A stretch of 53,676 bases of DNA from a virus (taxonomy: Duplodnaviria > Caudoviricetes). Below are positions 28,561 to 37,309 of the stretch, one piece after another; position 1 is the stretch's first letter; every line of letters starts with the position of its first letter. The notes beneath the pieces are model-generated. The model did not search any database. It saw only the letters and a list, made by a program, of their open reading frames with translations, and was not told the origin of the DNA. The DNA is taken from positions 1-53,676 of IMG/VR virus record IMGVR_UViG_3300030101_001806, one strand, 5' to 3'. A program made the translations under genes and the position numbers.

Positions 28561-30443
28561 CTTGAACTATCCTCTCTTGCATTGACTCTAAAATCTCCCA
28601 AAGACCAATCATCAGCAGTTCCAGTGCTTGAATATTTAATTGCTATCTGCCTGCCTTTGGCTCTGGTGCTAACTTTTCTTGTTGATGATGTAACTGTGAA
28701 TGGACCTTTTGTAATCTCTGTAGCTTGTGGATATTTTCTTGATTTTAATTCAACAAATAAATTAGTGTCAGAGGTCATAGATGTATCTGGCACGATTTTA
28801 TCAATCATAAACAATCTACTTCCTGTTTCATCTATTTCTACTTCTGATGTTTCAATGTGGCAATTCATAGCTGAACCATCATCACTTGTTCCTGTTTCAT
28901 GATTATAAAGTTTAGCATCTTTATCAAAAGCAAAAGGAACTGTTCTAAAGCCAGTTGCGTCAGACCAAACATTTCTTTGAAGAGATCCAATAGACCAAAC
29001 ATTTTCAGAATAATTAAATGTTACATAGCTGTCTGGTTCTGGATTACTAACTGCAGTATTTGCTGTGCTTACATAAAACCATGTAACCTCATTAAATTTT
29101 TTATTATGCCCAACATGAATTTTATCTTGATATCTTAATTGCATTCTATCAAATACAAAGTGTTGAACAGAACAAGGAAGTTCTTGAATATTGCCATTAT
29201 AAACAAAGAAATTACTTTTACCAATCCAATAGATAGTGCCATCAACACTAATAGTTCCATTGATAGCAACAGCACCACAATTAACACCTAACAATCTAAA
29301 TGAAAATGTAAATGGTGGTCCAGTAAAAGTCATTGCATATGCTGCTTCATCTGTTTGTATAAAAGTCTCGTTTTTAGTTGGTGTTATTGCTACAATTTTA
29401 TTGCCAACTTCTAATCTCTGATCACCTGCAGTATTAGATGCTGTCACTGTAAAATTAGTAAAATCCTCTTGGTCTGAAAATCTAACTAACATTGGATCAA
29501 AAACACCATCAGAAAGATTGTTTGTTCCAGCAACGACTAAATGTCTATCTGGGAAAGATATGCTCAACATCCTATTTTGCGTTGGAACACCAGATGCACC
29601 TCCAAGACTTGAAACAAGGACTGCTCTTTGATTTTCGCCACCAGATGTATCCCAATAATATATTTGACCTAACCTATTATTGGCTAATAAATCGTCTCCC
29701 CAGATCTGCAAAGACCATTGTGTTGCTTCAAGAGAAACGTCTGATGTTGATGTTGTTCTTGCAGTTCCCCAAGTGCTGTCTCCCCAAGCACCAACTCCCC
29801 AACCAAGTGCGGGATCTGAACTTTGAATTCCGACACTTTCAGCATTACCAATAAGATATTTTATATTTAATGTCCCACCACCAGAAGAAACTGTGCTCGA
29901 TGCTGTGTCTGGAGACTCAAAAGAATAGCTGTTATCTGTGATTTTAGTTATCTCATAACCTTCAACTCTATTTAATGTATCAGCAGAGATACCACCTACA
30001 GCAGATGCACTATCTAAAACGACATAATCGCCTGTGGTCGCACCATGAGAAGTATCAGTAACAGTCACTGTTGTCGAGCCACTTGTTGTCGCAAGTGGAT
30101 TACTTAATGATGATGATGTTTTTCTAAGTGGTGTTATATCATACAAAACATCTGCTTTCAATATGTATAAATGTGAGTGTGTTCCTAGAGCAATTCTATC
30201 TGCACCATCATTTGTGCTTCTCCAAAAAATTATTTTTTTAGGTGTTCCTTGAGCTGTGGTCGTTGTGCTTGTTGCTGTTGTTCTAAAATAATCTTCTTGT
30301 TGCCAACCACCTATTTTTTCTGGATATCCATTTACAAATCTTACAAGATTGCCATCTACATAAAATGGTCCATTTTTACCTGCAGCATATTCTGTTATAT
30401 CTTTTACAATACCTGATTTAAATTTTAATAATCTTAATGTCAA
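28557..30443 (-). CDS. Tail nozzle/stabilisation protein (P22 gp10/tubular B-like)
   Basis: NLVRF..GYPEKIGGW, DPMLVRFSDQE, AGDQRL; beta-propeller-like with inserted TVTVTDTSHG domain. Confidence 0.75.
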   Translation of the reverse strand: MTLRLLKFKSGIVKDITEYAAGKNGPFYVDGNLVRFVNGYPEKIGGWQQEDYFRTTATSTTTTAQGTPKKIIFWRSTNDGADRIALGTHSHLYILKADVLYDITPLRKTSSSLSNPLATTSGSTTVTVTDTSHGATTGDYVVLDSASAVGGISADTLNRVEGYEITKITDNSYSFESPDTASSTVSSGGGTLNIKYLIGNAESVGIQSSDPALGWGVGAWGDSTWGTARTTSTSDVSLEATQWSLQIWGDDLLANNRLGQIYYWDTSGGENQRAVLVSSLGGASGVPTQNRMLSISFPDRHLVVAGTNNLSDGVFDPMLVRFSDQEDFTNFTVTASNTAGDQRLEVGNKIVAITPTKNETFIQTDEAAYAMTFTGPPFTFSFRLLGVNCGAVAINGTISVDGTIYWIGKSNFFVYNGNIQELPCSVQHFVFDRMQLRYQDKIHVGHNKKFNEVTWFYVSTANTAVSNPEPDSYVTFNYSENVWSIGSLQRNVWSDATGFRTVPFAFDKDAKLYNHETGTSDDGSAMNCHIETSEVEIDETGSRLFMIDKIVPDTSMTSDTNLFVELKSRKYPQATEITKGPFTVTSSTRKVSTRAKGRQIAIKYSSTGTADDWSLGDFRVNAREDSSR

Positions 30444-30445
30444 TT

Positions 30446-30886
30446 TTAAACATTCCTCATTCTTTCACAAAGTCTTTCTGCTCTATTTGTAACTTGTTTA
30501 TACCACCTTGAATCTTTCATCTGGACTGATGCTTCTTGCCAATCACGATTATCAACTGCTTGTTTCATTTTATGAAATCTAGACAATCTTGGTCTGCCCA
30601 TATTAAACATCATGTTAGCTATAATGTGCTGTGCTTCTTTTGGTAAATCATCAAAATCATTATAAATAAGTTTACACTCATCAACAGTTATTTTTAGATC
30701 CTCCTCAAATAATTCATTAACTCTTTCCTCTGGTATCTCAGCACCAATAGGAAGTCCATGTTCTGGATCTGTATCTTTTATTAAATGACCTATTCCACAA
30801 GTTGGTAGTCCTAAATGATCGAGATAAATTTCATATTTTACACCTTCATCTATTTTTAATTCTTCTCTTAATTGTTCAATATTCAT
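30446..30886 (-). CDS. Endolysin, T4-type lysozyme (GH24)
   Basis: DEGVKYEIYLDHLGLPTCGIGH (E-D-T triad), NMMFNMG, DSRWYKQV..RA. Confidence 0.92.
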   Translation of the reverse strand: MNIEQLREELKIDEGVKYEIYLDHLGLPTCGIGHLIKDTDPEHGLPIGAEIPEERVNELFEEDLKITVDECKLIYNDFDDLPKEAQHIIANMMFNMGRPRLSRFHKMKQAVDNRDWQEASVQMKDSRWYKQVTNRAERLCERMRNV

Positions 30887-30987
30887 TTTTTCAACCTATC
30901 ATTATCTATAACACCACAAATAGGACATTTGTAAACACCTTTTATTTCTGTTTCACTCATATTAACTTTGCATCTTTCGCAAATCAT
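30883..30987 (-). CDS. Small Zn-ribbon protein (34 aa; not in ORF track)
   Basis: MICERCKVNMSETEIKGVYKCPICGVIDNDRLKK; ATGA overlaps at both ends. Confidence 0.6.
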   Translation of the reverse strand: MICERCKVNMSETEIKGVYKCPICGVIDNDRLKK

Positions 30988-31382
30988 TTTGTTATTCCTT
31001 TAAATTTTTCAAATGTCCTTAAACCACCCAAACCTAGCATGCCCATAAGAACAGTCAACAAAGATTCCATGTCAAATGTTGGCAACTTTGGTAATTCAAC
31101 ACCAAAATATGCTGAGAAAAACATTATAAATGGTGCTAAAACAAAATGCCAAGCCAATGCAACACCACAAGTCCATCCAACAAAAGGTCTCCAGCCAGCA
31201 ACGAATATACTTCTGTGTTGTGCTTCTGTTTTATTTATTTCTAATTGACCTTTTGCAAGTTCTTGAGCGTGTTTTTCTGCCATCGTTGCAATCTCATGTG
31301 CTAATTTATTCTTAACATCTTTATCTTCAATAAATTTACCTAATAATTTTGTGGCTGGTCCAATAAGTGCTTGTAACATCAA
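30984..31382 (-). CDS. Holin (3TM, GTA-holin-like)
   Basis: FVAGWRPFVGW...GMLGLGGLRTFEK; next to the lysozyme. Confidence 0.8.
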   Translation of the reverse strand: MMLQALIGPATKLLGKFIEDKDVKNKLAHEIATMAEKHAQELAKGQLEINKTEAQHRSIFVAGWRPFVGWTCGVALAWHFVLAPFIMFFSAYFGVELPKLPTFDMESLLTVLMGMLGLGGLRTFEKFKGITK

Positions 31383-31573
31383 TATAACCTCATGTTTTCA
31401 TTAACTTTAACTAATTTACAGTAACAATTATAGTTTTTTATTTCTTCCCCAATTTTAATTGTTTGATTGTCTAAAAATTTTTTAAAATAATCACAATTAT
31501 TAACATTCGCAAAATGAAGCATCCCTGCAGGATTCCCTGCTAAATAACACAATAACACAAATGCAGGTTTCAC
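31379..31573 (-). CDS. Hypothetical small Cys-containing protein
   Basis: 64 aa; ATGA-coupled. Confidence 0.6.
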   Translation of the reverse strand: MKPAFVLLCYLAGNPAGMLHFANVNNCDYFKKFLDNQTIKIGEEIKNYNCYCKLVKVNENMRLY

Positions 31574-31890
31574 TTTCCATTCCTATTCATCCAAGCTGTT
31601 GTTCCCATATAAGCACCAACGATACCAGCACCAGAAATATAAAATAAATTGCTAATATCAGAGAGTGCATTAACTCTTTCGATGGGCACAAAAAACATAG
31701 CAACTGTAAAAGCACCCATAGAAATTAAAGTATATCTCGCCATCCTTAATTGTGCTAAATTTTTTCTTAACTGAGTTTCAGTTTGCTTTATTTCTTTTAT
31801 ATGACTTAATTCCTCATCAGAAACTATACCATCACCATCCTCATCATAATCAGCATATACAGATTCTTTTTGCAATCTCTTTTGAGTCAT
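31570..31890 (-). CDS. Hypothetical 2-TM membrane protein with EF-hand-like loop
   Basis: DEDGDGIVSDEE followed by two hydrophobic helices. Confidence 0.65.
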   Translation of the reverse strand: MTQKRLQKESVYADYDEDGDGIVSDEELSHIKEIKQTETQLRKNLAQLRMARYTLISMGAFTVAMFFVPIERVNALSDISNLFYISGAGIVGAYMGTTAWMNRNGK

Positions 31891-31892
31891 TA

Positions 31893-32465
31893 TTAGATCT
31901 CATCTGGAAAATCATTTATTGGTGCAGGATCTCCAGTTGGTTTATTATCGCTATCAACAGGTGCATCAAACAATGCCATAAATTGAGTTAGATTAGAACA
32001 ATTATTTATAGCTGTTTCAATAGAAGCACATTTTGTTCTAACAGCATCTCTGTATGTTGTAACATCAGAAGGTATTGTTGTTGACTTTTCAACATTTCTA
32101 ACAACCATCCAATCGTGCTTGTTTAATTTATCTTGTGCTGTTTTTTTAGTTTGAGCAACCCAAATAGATTTTAAACCAGGAGTTACTATTTGATTCCCAT
32201 CTGGGTCTAAGACAGCCTTACCATCTCCGTCAACTTCTTTTACATCTGTAAGACTGCGTTCAATTAAACTGCCATCTTCTTTTCTCCCCAAATAAAAATT
32301 TGTATTAAAAGGTGCTTCAGATGCTGGAGGATCTTCCCAAGTTAAACCTTTAGCTTTTTTATCATCATCTGACCATCTTGTCCATTGTGCAGGATGTTGA
32401 GTGCCATCATCTGCCACCCATGCTTTTCCTACTTTTATTTCTCTACCATTATGTTTCCAAGGCAT
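31893..32465 (-). CDS. Tail fibre assembly/chaperone-like protein
   Basis: DWMVVR.VE...IPSDVTTYRDAVR; follows the fibre gene. Confidence 0.6.
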   Translation of the reverse strand: MPWKHNGREIKVGKAWVADDGTQHPAQWTRWSDDDKKAKGLTWEDPPASEAPFNTNFYLGRKEDGSLIERSLTDVKEVDGDGKAVLDPDGNQIVTPGLKSIWVAQTKKTAQDKLNKHDWMVVRNVEKSTTIPSDVTTYRDAVRTKCASIETAINNCSNLTQFMALFDAPVDSDNKPTGDPAPINDFPDEI

Positions 32466-32473
32466 ATTATCTC

Positions 32474-35002
32474 CTATCTTGCATTACTAAATTTAAATGG
32501 TTGCTCGGCAAATGCCATGTATACATATGTTCCACCTGATGCGTTCCAATATCCTTGATTCATGTCACTTCTCATTTTAAAACCATTACTCAGAAAATCA
32601 ACAATAGCATACGTTGATAAACTGCTCTCCGCATACGATTGATTTGCAGCCAACTGACCTACTCCACCTCCACCAACTACATTCACTGGTGACCTTTTGT
32701 TATCTAAAATAAACCAATCACTTGCAACATCTGCTCGTTTCGCCATCAGCCAAGCAGGTCTAAAACCTAGATAAACATATGGTCCATCTAATAAATTATT
32801 GCCTACAAACGAGCCAAACTTAGAATAGCCCTCAATTTCAGCGAATACATAAGCAACGTAATCATTGCCATTAACATTATTATATGTTGTAACAGCAGGT
32901 TCAAATAATGCAGTTGTATTGTCATCAGAAGAACCAAAACCTTGAGAATTTGCTAAATTATTTAAATTTAAAAATAAATTATCTGCACTAGCACGACTTG
33001 TGCCACCTCTATCAGGCATTGCTTGATGATAAACCATAAAATATCCAGCACCATTTGAATCTCTGTCTTTGACTAAATACCAAGCAGGTTTTTTACCAAG
33101 TCCATGAGCTACTAAATTACTGCTATCATCTCCATTTCCAGTAAAAGTCACAATAGAAAATCCTGCTGTTGTATTTGCTTGAAATGTGCTTGCGATGTCT
33201 GCTCCATTAGACCCTGCGTTATTAGTTGTTGTAGTTCCACCATTTGCTTTCCAAAGCCAAGCAACCATAGTATCTGATTGATAATTTACCCAAGCATAAG
33301 GATCTGTTCCTAATGTAAATCCATCTGCACCAACAGCAGTAACTAAATTTGCATTGTCAAATTCAGCATCAACAACAGGAAGTCTAAATGGTTTATCAAT
33401 ACCTCTTGAAGTATCAAATAGTGAATGAGAATCTGCTCTACTTCTTTGTTTAAACCACAACCAATCTGCTTGCATACCAACACCAGTTATAGTTTGTGCT
33501 GTTTGACTGTTAGCTGTATAAAGAACTGAGGTATGATGGTCATCTGCTTGTGTGTCACTGTCTGGACCTATCGTAACGTCTGGTAGGTTTGATGAACATA
33601 ATGCTAGATAGCCACTTGGTGGTGCATAATAAAAATCGCCTATGCCATTACCATCTGTATTGCCTTGTGCAGTTTCTTCTCCTGCAAAAGAACTATCTTG
33701 TCCAAAATTCATTGTTGCAGAACCAGTAGCATAAACTCCTGCCATTGGGCAATTTGCAAGACCAGTTATGCCAGTAATTACTGCATTTCCAGAATTTTGA
33801 GCAGTGTTATTTAAATAAAAATGTACTGTGCCATTATCCAAATCCATAGCAAACCCTAAAATATCACCTGCTGATGGATTACTCACACTTGTTACTGCTC
33901 TTGACCCAGTTCCAATTAGCTTAACATCTCCATCAGCTTCCCAAGACCAACCATCAACGCCAGAAGCAATACTTGGAATATTACTATTATTATTTTTATG
34001 AATTTCATTATCAAAATCAACTGCACAACCTATAAATGGATAAACATTTGTCCCTGCAACTCTTTCTACATTAATTCTTGCTTCCCAATACCACTTGCCA
34101 GAAGTGACAGTAAAACTTGAGCCTACTGCACCTGAATAAGAAGTTGTTGAGCCAGTATTTTTTAAATTTCCCTCTGATAATGTTACTGAAGTAGTTTCTG
34201 CAGGGTCTAAGGGATTACTTGTGCAGAAATTATTCTCTGGACTATCTAGTACAACATCTGTAGATGCTAATCCACTAGATGTAAAATCATTGCCATTACC
34301 ACTTGTGTCATCACCTAAAGAACTACTATCTGCAAAAGTTAATCTAAATCCATTTGTACCATATGAACCAGTATATTTTTTAGCAATCCATACACCATTC
34401 TTGGTTTCGCCAAAAGATTCAGGACCAAGTGCTTCTCCATCTCTTAAATTTATTTCAGCCAAATAACCATCAAATCTTTGTATAGGGGTTGGTGTTGAAT
34501 TATCTGTTCTTGCACCTATTAAATGTTTATTAGTAGTATTCCATTCTAAATCTAAATTTTGAGTTGGATAAGTTGAAGTTGCAAGACTTGTTTGTAATGT
34601 TCCATTTATATATATTTTTATTCTTTCTGAAGCAGTAGATTGCGTGGTATCAACTCTAATGAGTACATGAAAAAAATTACTTGTATCTCTAAAAACTCTA
34701 TTTGTTTGAATATCATACTCACCACTAAAATTAGTGAATTGTAACTGATTAGAAGTAAATCTTAAAAGACCTTGATTATTTGGTGAAGCTGATACAAATA
34801 CATTTATTAAGACAGATGTAATATCTATATTTGCCCTTTTAACCCACATACTAATAGTAAAGGTTTTACTATTCCCTGCACTTGATGGTGTTCTAAGTAG
34901 ATAAGAACTATCCCCATCTTCAAAACGTAAAGATTGATCTATAACACCATTGTAAAAACCTGTGCTTACATCACCAACACCAGATGCAGGAAGTATACTC
35001 AT
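32474..35002 (-). CDS. Receptor-binding fibre with LamG/ConA-like and SPRY domains
   Basis: SLRFEDG, FTISMWVKR, SGKWYWE, GDILGFAMDLDNG, PSGYLALC, DWLWFKQR, DFLSNGFK. Confidence 0.8.
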   Translation of the reverse strand: MSILPASGVGDVSTGFYNGVIDQSLRFEDGDSSYLLRTPSSAGNSKTFTISMWVKRANIDITSVLINVFVSASPNNQGLLRFTSNQLQFTNFSGEYDIQTNRVFRDTSNFFHVLIRVDTTQSTASERIKIYINGTLQTSLATSTYPTQNLDLEWNTTNKHLIGARTDNSTPTPIQRFDGYLAEINLRDGEALGPESFGETKNGVWIAKKYTGSYGTNGFRLTFADSSSLGDDTSGNGNDFTSSGLASTDVVLDSPENNFCTSNPLDPAETTSVTLSEGNLKNTGSTTSYSGAVGSSFTVTSGKWYWEARINVERVAGTNVYPFIGCAVDFDNEIHKNNNSNIPSIASGVDGWSWEADGDVKLIGTGSRAVTSVSNPSAGDILGFAMDLDNGTVHFYLNNTAQNSGNAVITGITGLANCPMAGVYATGSATMNFGQDSSFAGEETAQGNTDGNGIGDFYYAPPSGYLALCSSNLPDVTIGPDSDTQADDHHTSVLYTANSQTAQTITGVGMQADWLWFKQRSRADSHSLFDTSRGIDKPFRLPVVDAEFDNANLVTAVGADGFTLGTDPYAWVNYQSDTMVAWLWKANGGTTTTNNAGSNGADIASTFQANTTAGFSIVTFTGNGDDSSNLVAHGLGKKPAWYLVKDRDSNGAGYFMVYHQAMPDRGGTSRASADNLFLNLNNLANSQGFGSSDDNTTALFEPAVTTYNNVNGNDYVAYVFAEIEGYSKFGSFVGNNLLDGPYVYLGFRPAWLMAKRADVASDWFILDNKRSPVNVVGGGGVGQLAANQSYAESSLSTYAIVDFLSNGFKMRSDMNQGYWNASGGTYVYMAFAEQPFKFSNAR

Positions 35003-35003
35003 T

Positions 35004-36266
35004 TTATGTTAATGCCCCAGTTGCACCTACCAATATTGTGTTATCACCACTTGCAGCAGAGCAATAATAATTAATCATATAAGTTCCTGCAGTTGTCAAT
35101 GCTGTCAATATATCTGCGTTTATTGCCACACTGGCATGTGCTGATATAGTATGACCACCAGTATTAACTAACATAACTGTTCCAGATTGTCCTTCTGCAG
35201 GATTGCTAAATGTTAATGTAATGTTACCAGATGGTGTGCATTTGAAAAAGTTGGCAGTTGATAAATCAAAATCACCATCATTATCTGTTTCTTGATTACC
35301 TGTACCTCTGCCTGCCACTGTCACGTCATTATTGATAGCTAAAGAAACATTATCTTCCACTGTCATAACTGCAGTGCCATCATATTGTTGAAATATAATA
35401 TCCTTTGCATCAGTAAGTGGTTTTATTACAACATCACTTGATGAATTAGCAATATTTAATTTATTACCAACTAATCCAAGACTTGCATTGTCTTCAACTC
35501 TAATTACTTCTGTGCCATCATATTGTTGAATAACTAAATCATCTGAATCAACCATTGGTTTCATTATAACTTCACCAGCAGTGCCATCTAAATCAAAAGC
35601 AAGTTGATCAGTTCCACCATCTTGTAATTTAATATCACCAGTTGTTGAATTAAGGTGAAGTTCACCAGTTGAGTCAATAGATATAGGTGTTGCTGCAATA
35701 GTTAATCCTGTTGTGCCATCATGTGTAAATGTTACATCGTTGCCAGCACCCATGTTAATTACAGAACTATCTGAATTAAGAGTCAAATCATCTGCAACGA
35801 TTAAATCATCCTCAACAGTTAGATCTGGAACTGCAAGATGAGCAAATGCTTCTTGCACTGTTGCACTGCCACTGCCACCATCCAAGTAAATAACTTTAGC
35901 TGTTCCTGGAGCAATAGTTACCATATCACCACCACCACTCGATGCTTGCTTAATTATTATATTTTGAGATCCACTTGTGGCATTTTCAATAATATGAACT
36001 CTTTTCATATTGTTTGGTGTTATAGTAATAGTACAAGCTGAATCTAATGTACCAGTATATTTGAGATACATAGCTCTACCAGCATCAGAACTTCCATCTG
36101 CTATGGTAGTGGCATGTGCATCAGCATTAGTTGTTATAGCTTCTGTGCCAAACCCTAATGCCTCACCAATTAATTCAAGGTTAGTGTTTGTTGATGTACC
36201 CCACGTTCCTGATTCATCACCAGTTGTTATCTCTTTAAGTCTTAAATTATTTACATAGGTCGCCAT
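35004..36266 (-). CDS. Tail fibre/structural protein
   Basis: ITTGDESGTWGTSTNTNL N-terminus; repeated QQYDGT..VEDN beta repeats. Confidence 0.75.
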   Translation of the reverse strand: MATYVNNLRLKEITTGDESGTWGTSTNTNLELIGEALGFGTEAITTNADAHATTIADGSSDAGRAMYLKYTGTLDSACTITITPNNMKRVHIIENATSGSQNIIIKQASSGGGDMVTIAPGTAKVIYLDGGSGSATVQEAFAHLAVPDLTVEDDLIVADDLTLNSDSSVINMGAGNDVTFTHDGTTGLTIAATPISIDSTGELHLNSTTGDIKLQDGGTDQLAFDLDGTAGEVIMKPMVDSDDLVIQQYDGTEVIRVEDNASLGLVGNKLNIANSSSDVVIKPLTDAKDIIFQQYDGTAVMTVEDNVSLAINNDVTVAGRGTGNQETDNDGDFDLSTANFFKCTPSGNITLTFSNPAEGQSGTVMLVNTGGHTISAHASVAINADILTALTTAGTYMINYYCSAASGDNTILVGATGALT

Positions 36267-36682
36267 TAGTCAATCCTTATAATTGCACTTGTTCCTGCTG
36301 CTGGAAAAACTATTTTAAAAGTTCCTGATGACACTGTAAAATCACCACCAAAATCTAAAACTGCTATAGCTTTATCACTATTAGATGAATTATATATTAA
36401 TGCTCCTCTAGCAGTAAATGATGCACTTGTAAATTCTGGATCTGCTGCATCAAAAAAAGCTGTGGTTCCTGATGTTGAAACAGTTGTACTTGTAAGAGTA
36501 ACACCACCTGCTGTATAACCAGTTCCAGAGACTTCGTTACTGGTTGAATAAGCTGTGGTTCCTGCTCCTAGACTTGCACTGCTTGTAAACAATGCTAATT
36601 TTATTGTGTCAGTTGCTAGCTGATGACCTTCTTGTAAAATCTCAGATTTGAAACTGGTGCACATTGCTTGTGTAATTGCCAT
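36266..36682 (-). CDS. Tail structural protein
   Basis: MAITQAMCTSFK...GTGYTAGG...ARGALIYN...VLDFG. Confidence 0.75.
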   Translation of the reverse strand: MAITQAMCTSFKSEILQEGHQLATDTIKLALFTSSASLGAGTTAYSTSNEVSGTGYTAGGVTLTSTTVSTSGTTAFFDAADPEFTSASFTARGALIYNSSNSDKAIAVLDFGGDFTVSSGTFKIVFPAAGTSAIIRID

Positions 36683-37308
36683 TAAATGCCTCCTTCGTAT
36701 TCACTCGCATAGTTTCTTTGCATTTCTTGTTGAAACAATGCTATTGCTTCATCAAATTGCTGTTTATACAAGTTTACTGTATCTGGTGCTTTAAGAAAAG
36801 TAGAAGTTTCATATAAAGCAGCAGACAACAGAACTTGTTCTGCGTTATCACCTATCCAGCTGTTTGCATTGCTGTCAGATAATCCTGTTTCTAAACCTAT
36901 AAAATCAATCTCATATGCCAAAGTTGCAGATGGCACAGGACTTACCAACACTTGTATTCCAGAGGTTGTAGCTTTTTTTGTTGCATAAAACTCTGGTTGT
37001 CCTTGTGTTGTAACATCAGGTCTAAAATCTTTTATATAACTGTCTGTTCTATGTTTTAAATAAACAACATTACTTGATGATGTGGTTATTTGTACCTGCC
37101 TAACCATTCTTGCATTACCAACATTTATTGTAGCAGTGCCTATAGAAAAATTACCAGTATTTGTTTGTCTATAACATGGCAGATTAGGTAATCTTGCAAA
37201 TATCATACTTTCTGATTGCTTGATTATTTCTGGTATAGATGTATCAAGTTCAGTTGAGTCGTCTTCTATAAAATTTTGTATATTAGTTTTTAATTGTGTA
37301 AAGTTCAT
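36682..37308 (-). CDS. Head-tail adaptor/tubular protein A-like
   Basis: Start MNFTQLK at 37308; G.PEFYA, LLSAALYE motifs. Confidence 0.65.
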   Translation of the reverse strand: MNFTQLKTNIQNFIEDDSTELDTSIPEIIKQSESMIFARLPNLPCYRQTNTGNFSIGTATINVGNARMVRQVQITTSSSNVVYLKHRTDSYIKDFRPDVTTQGQPEFYATKKATTSGIQVLVSPVPSATLAYEIDFIGLETGLSDSNANSWIGDNAEQVLLSAALYETSTFLKAPDTVNLYKQQFDEAIALFQQEMQRNYASEYEGGI

Positions 37309-37309
37309 T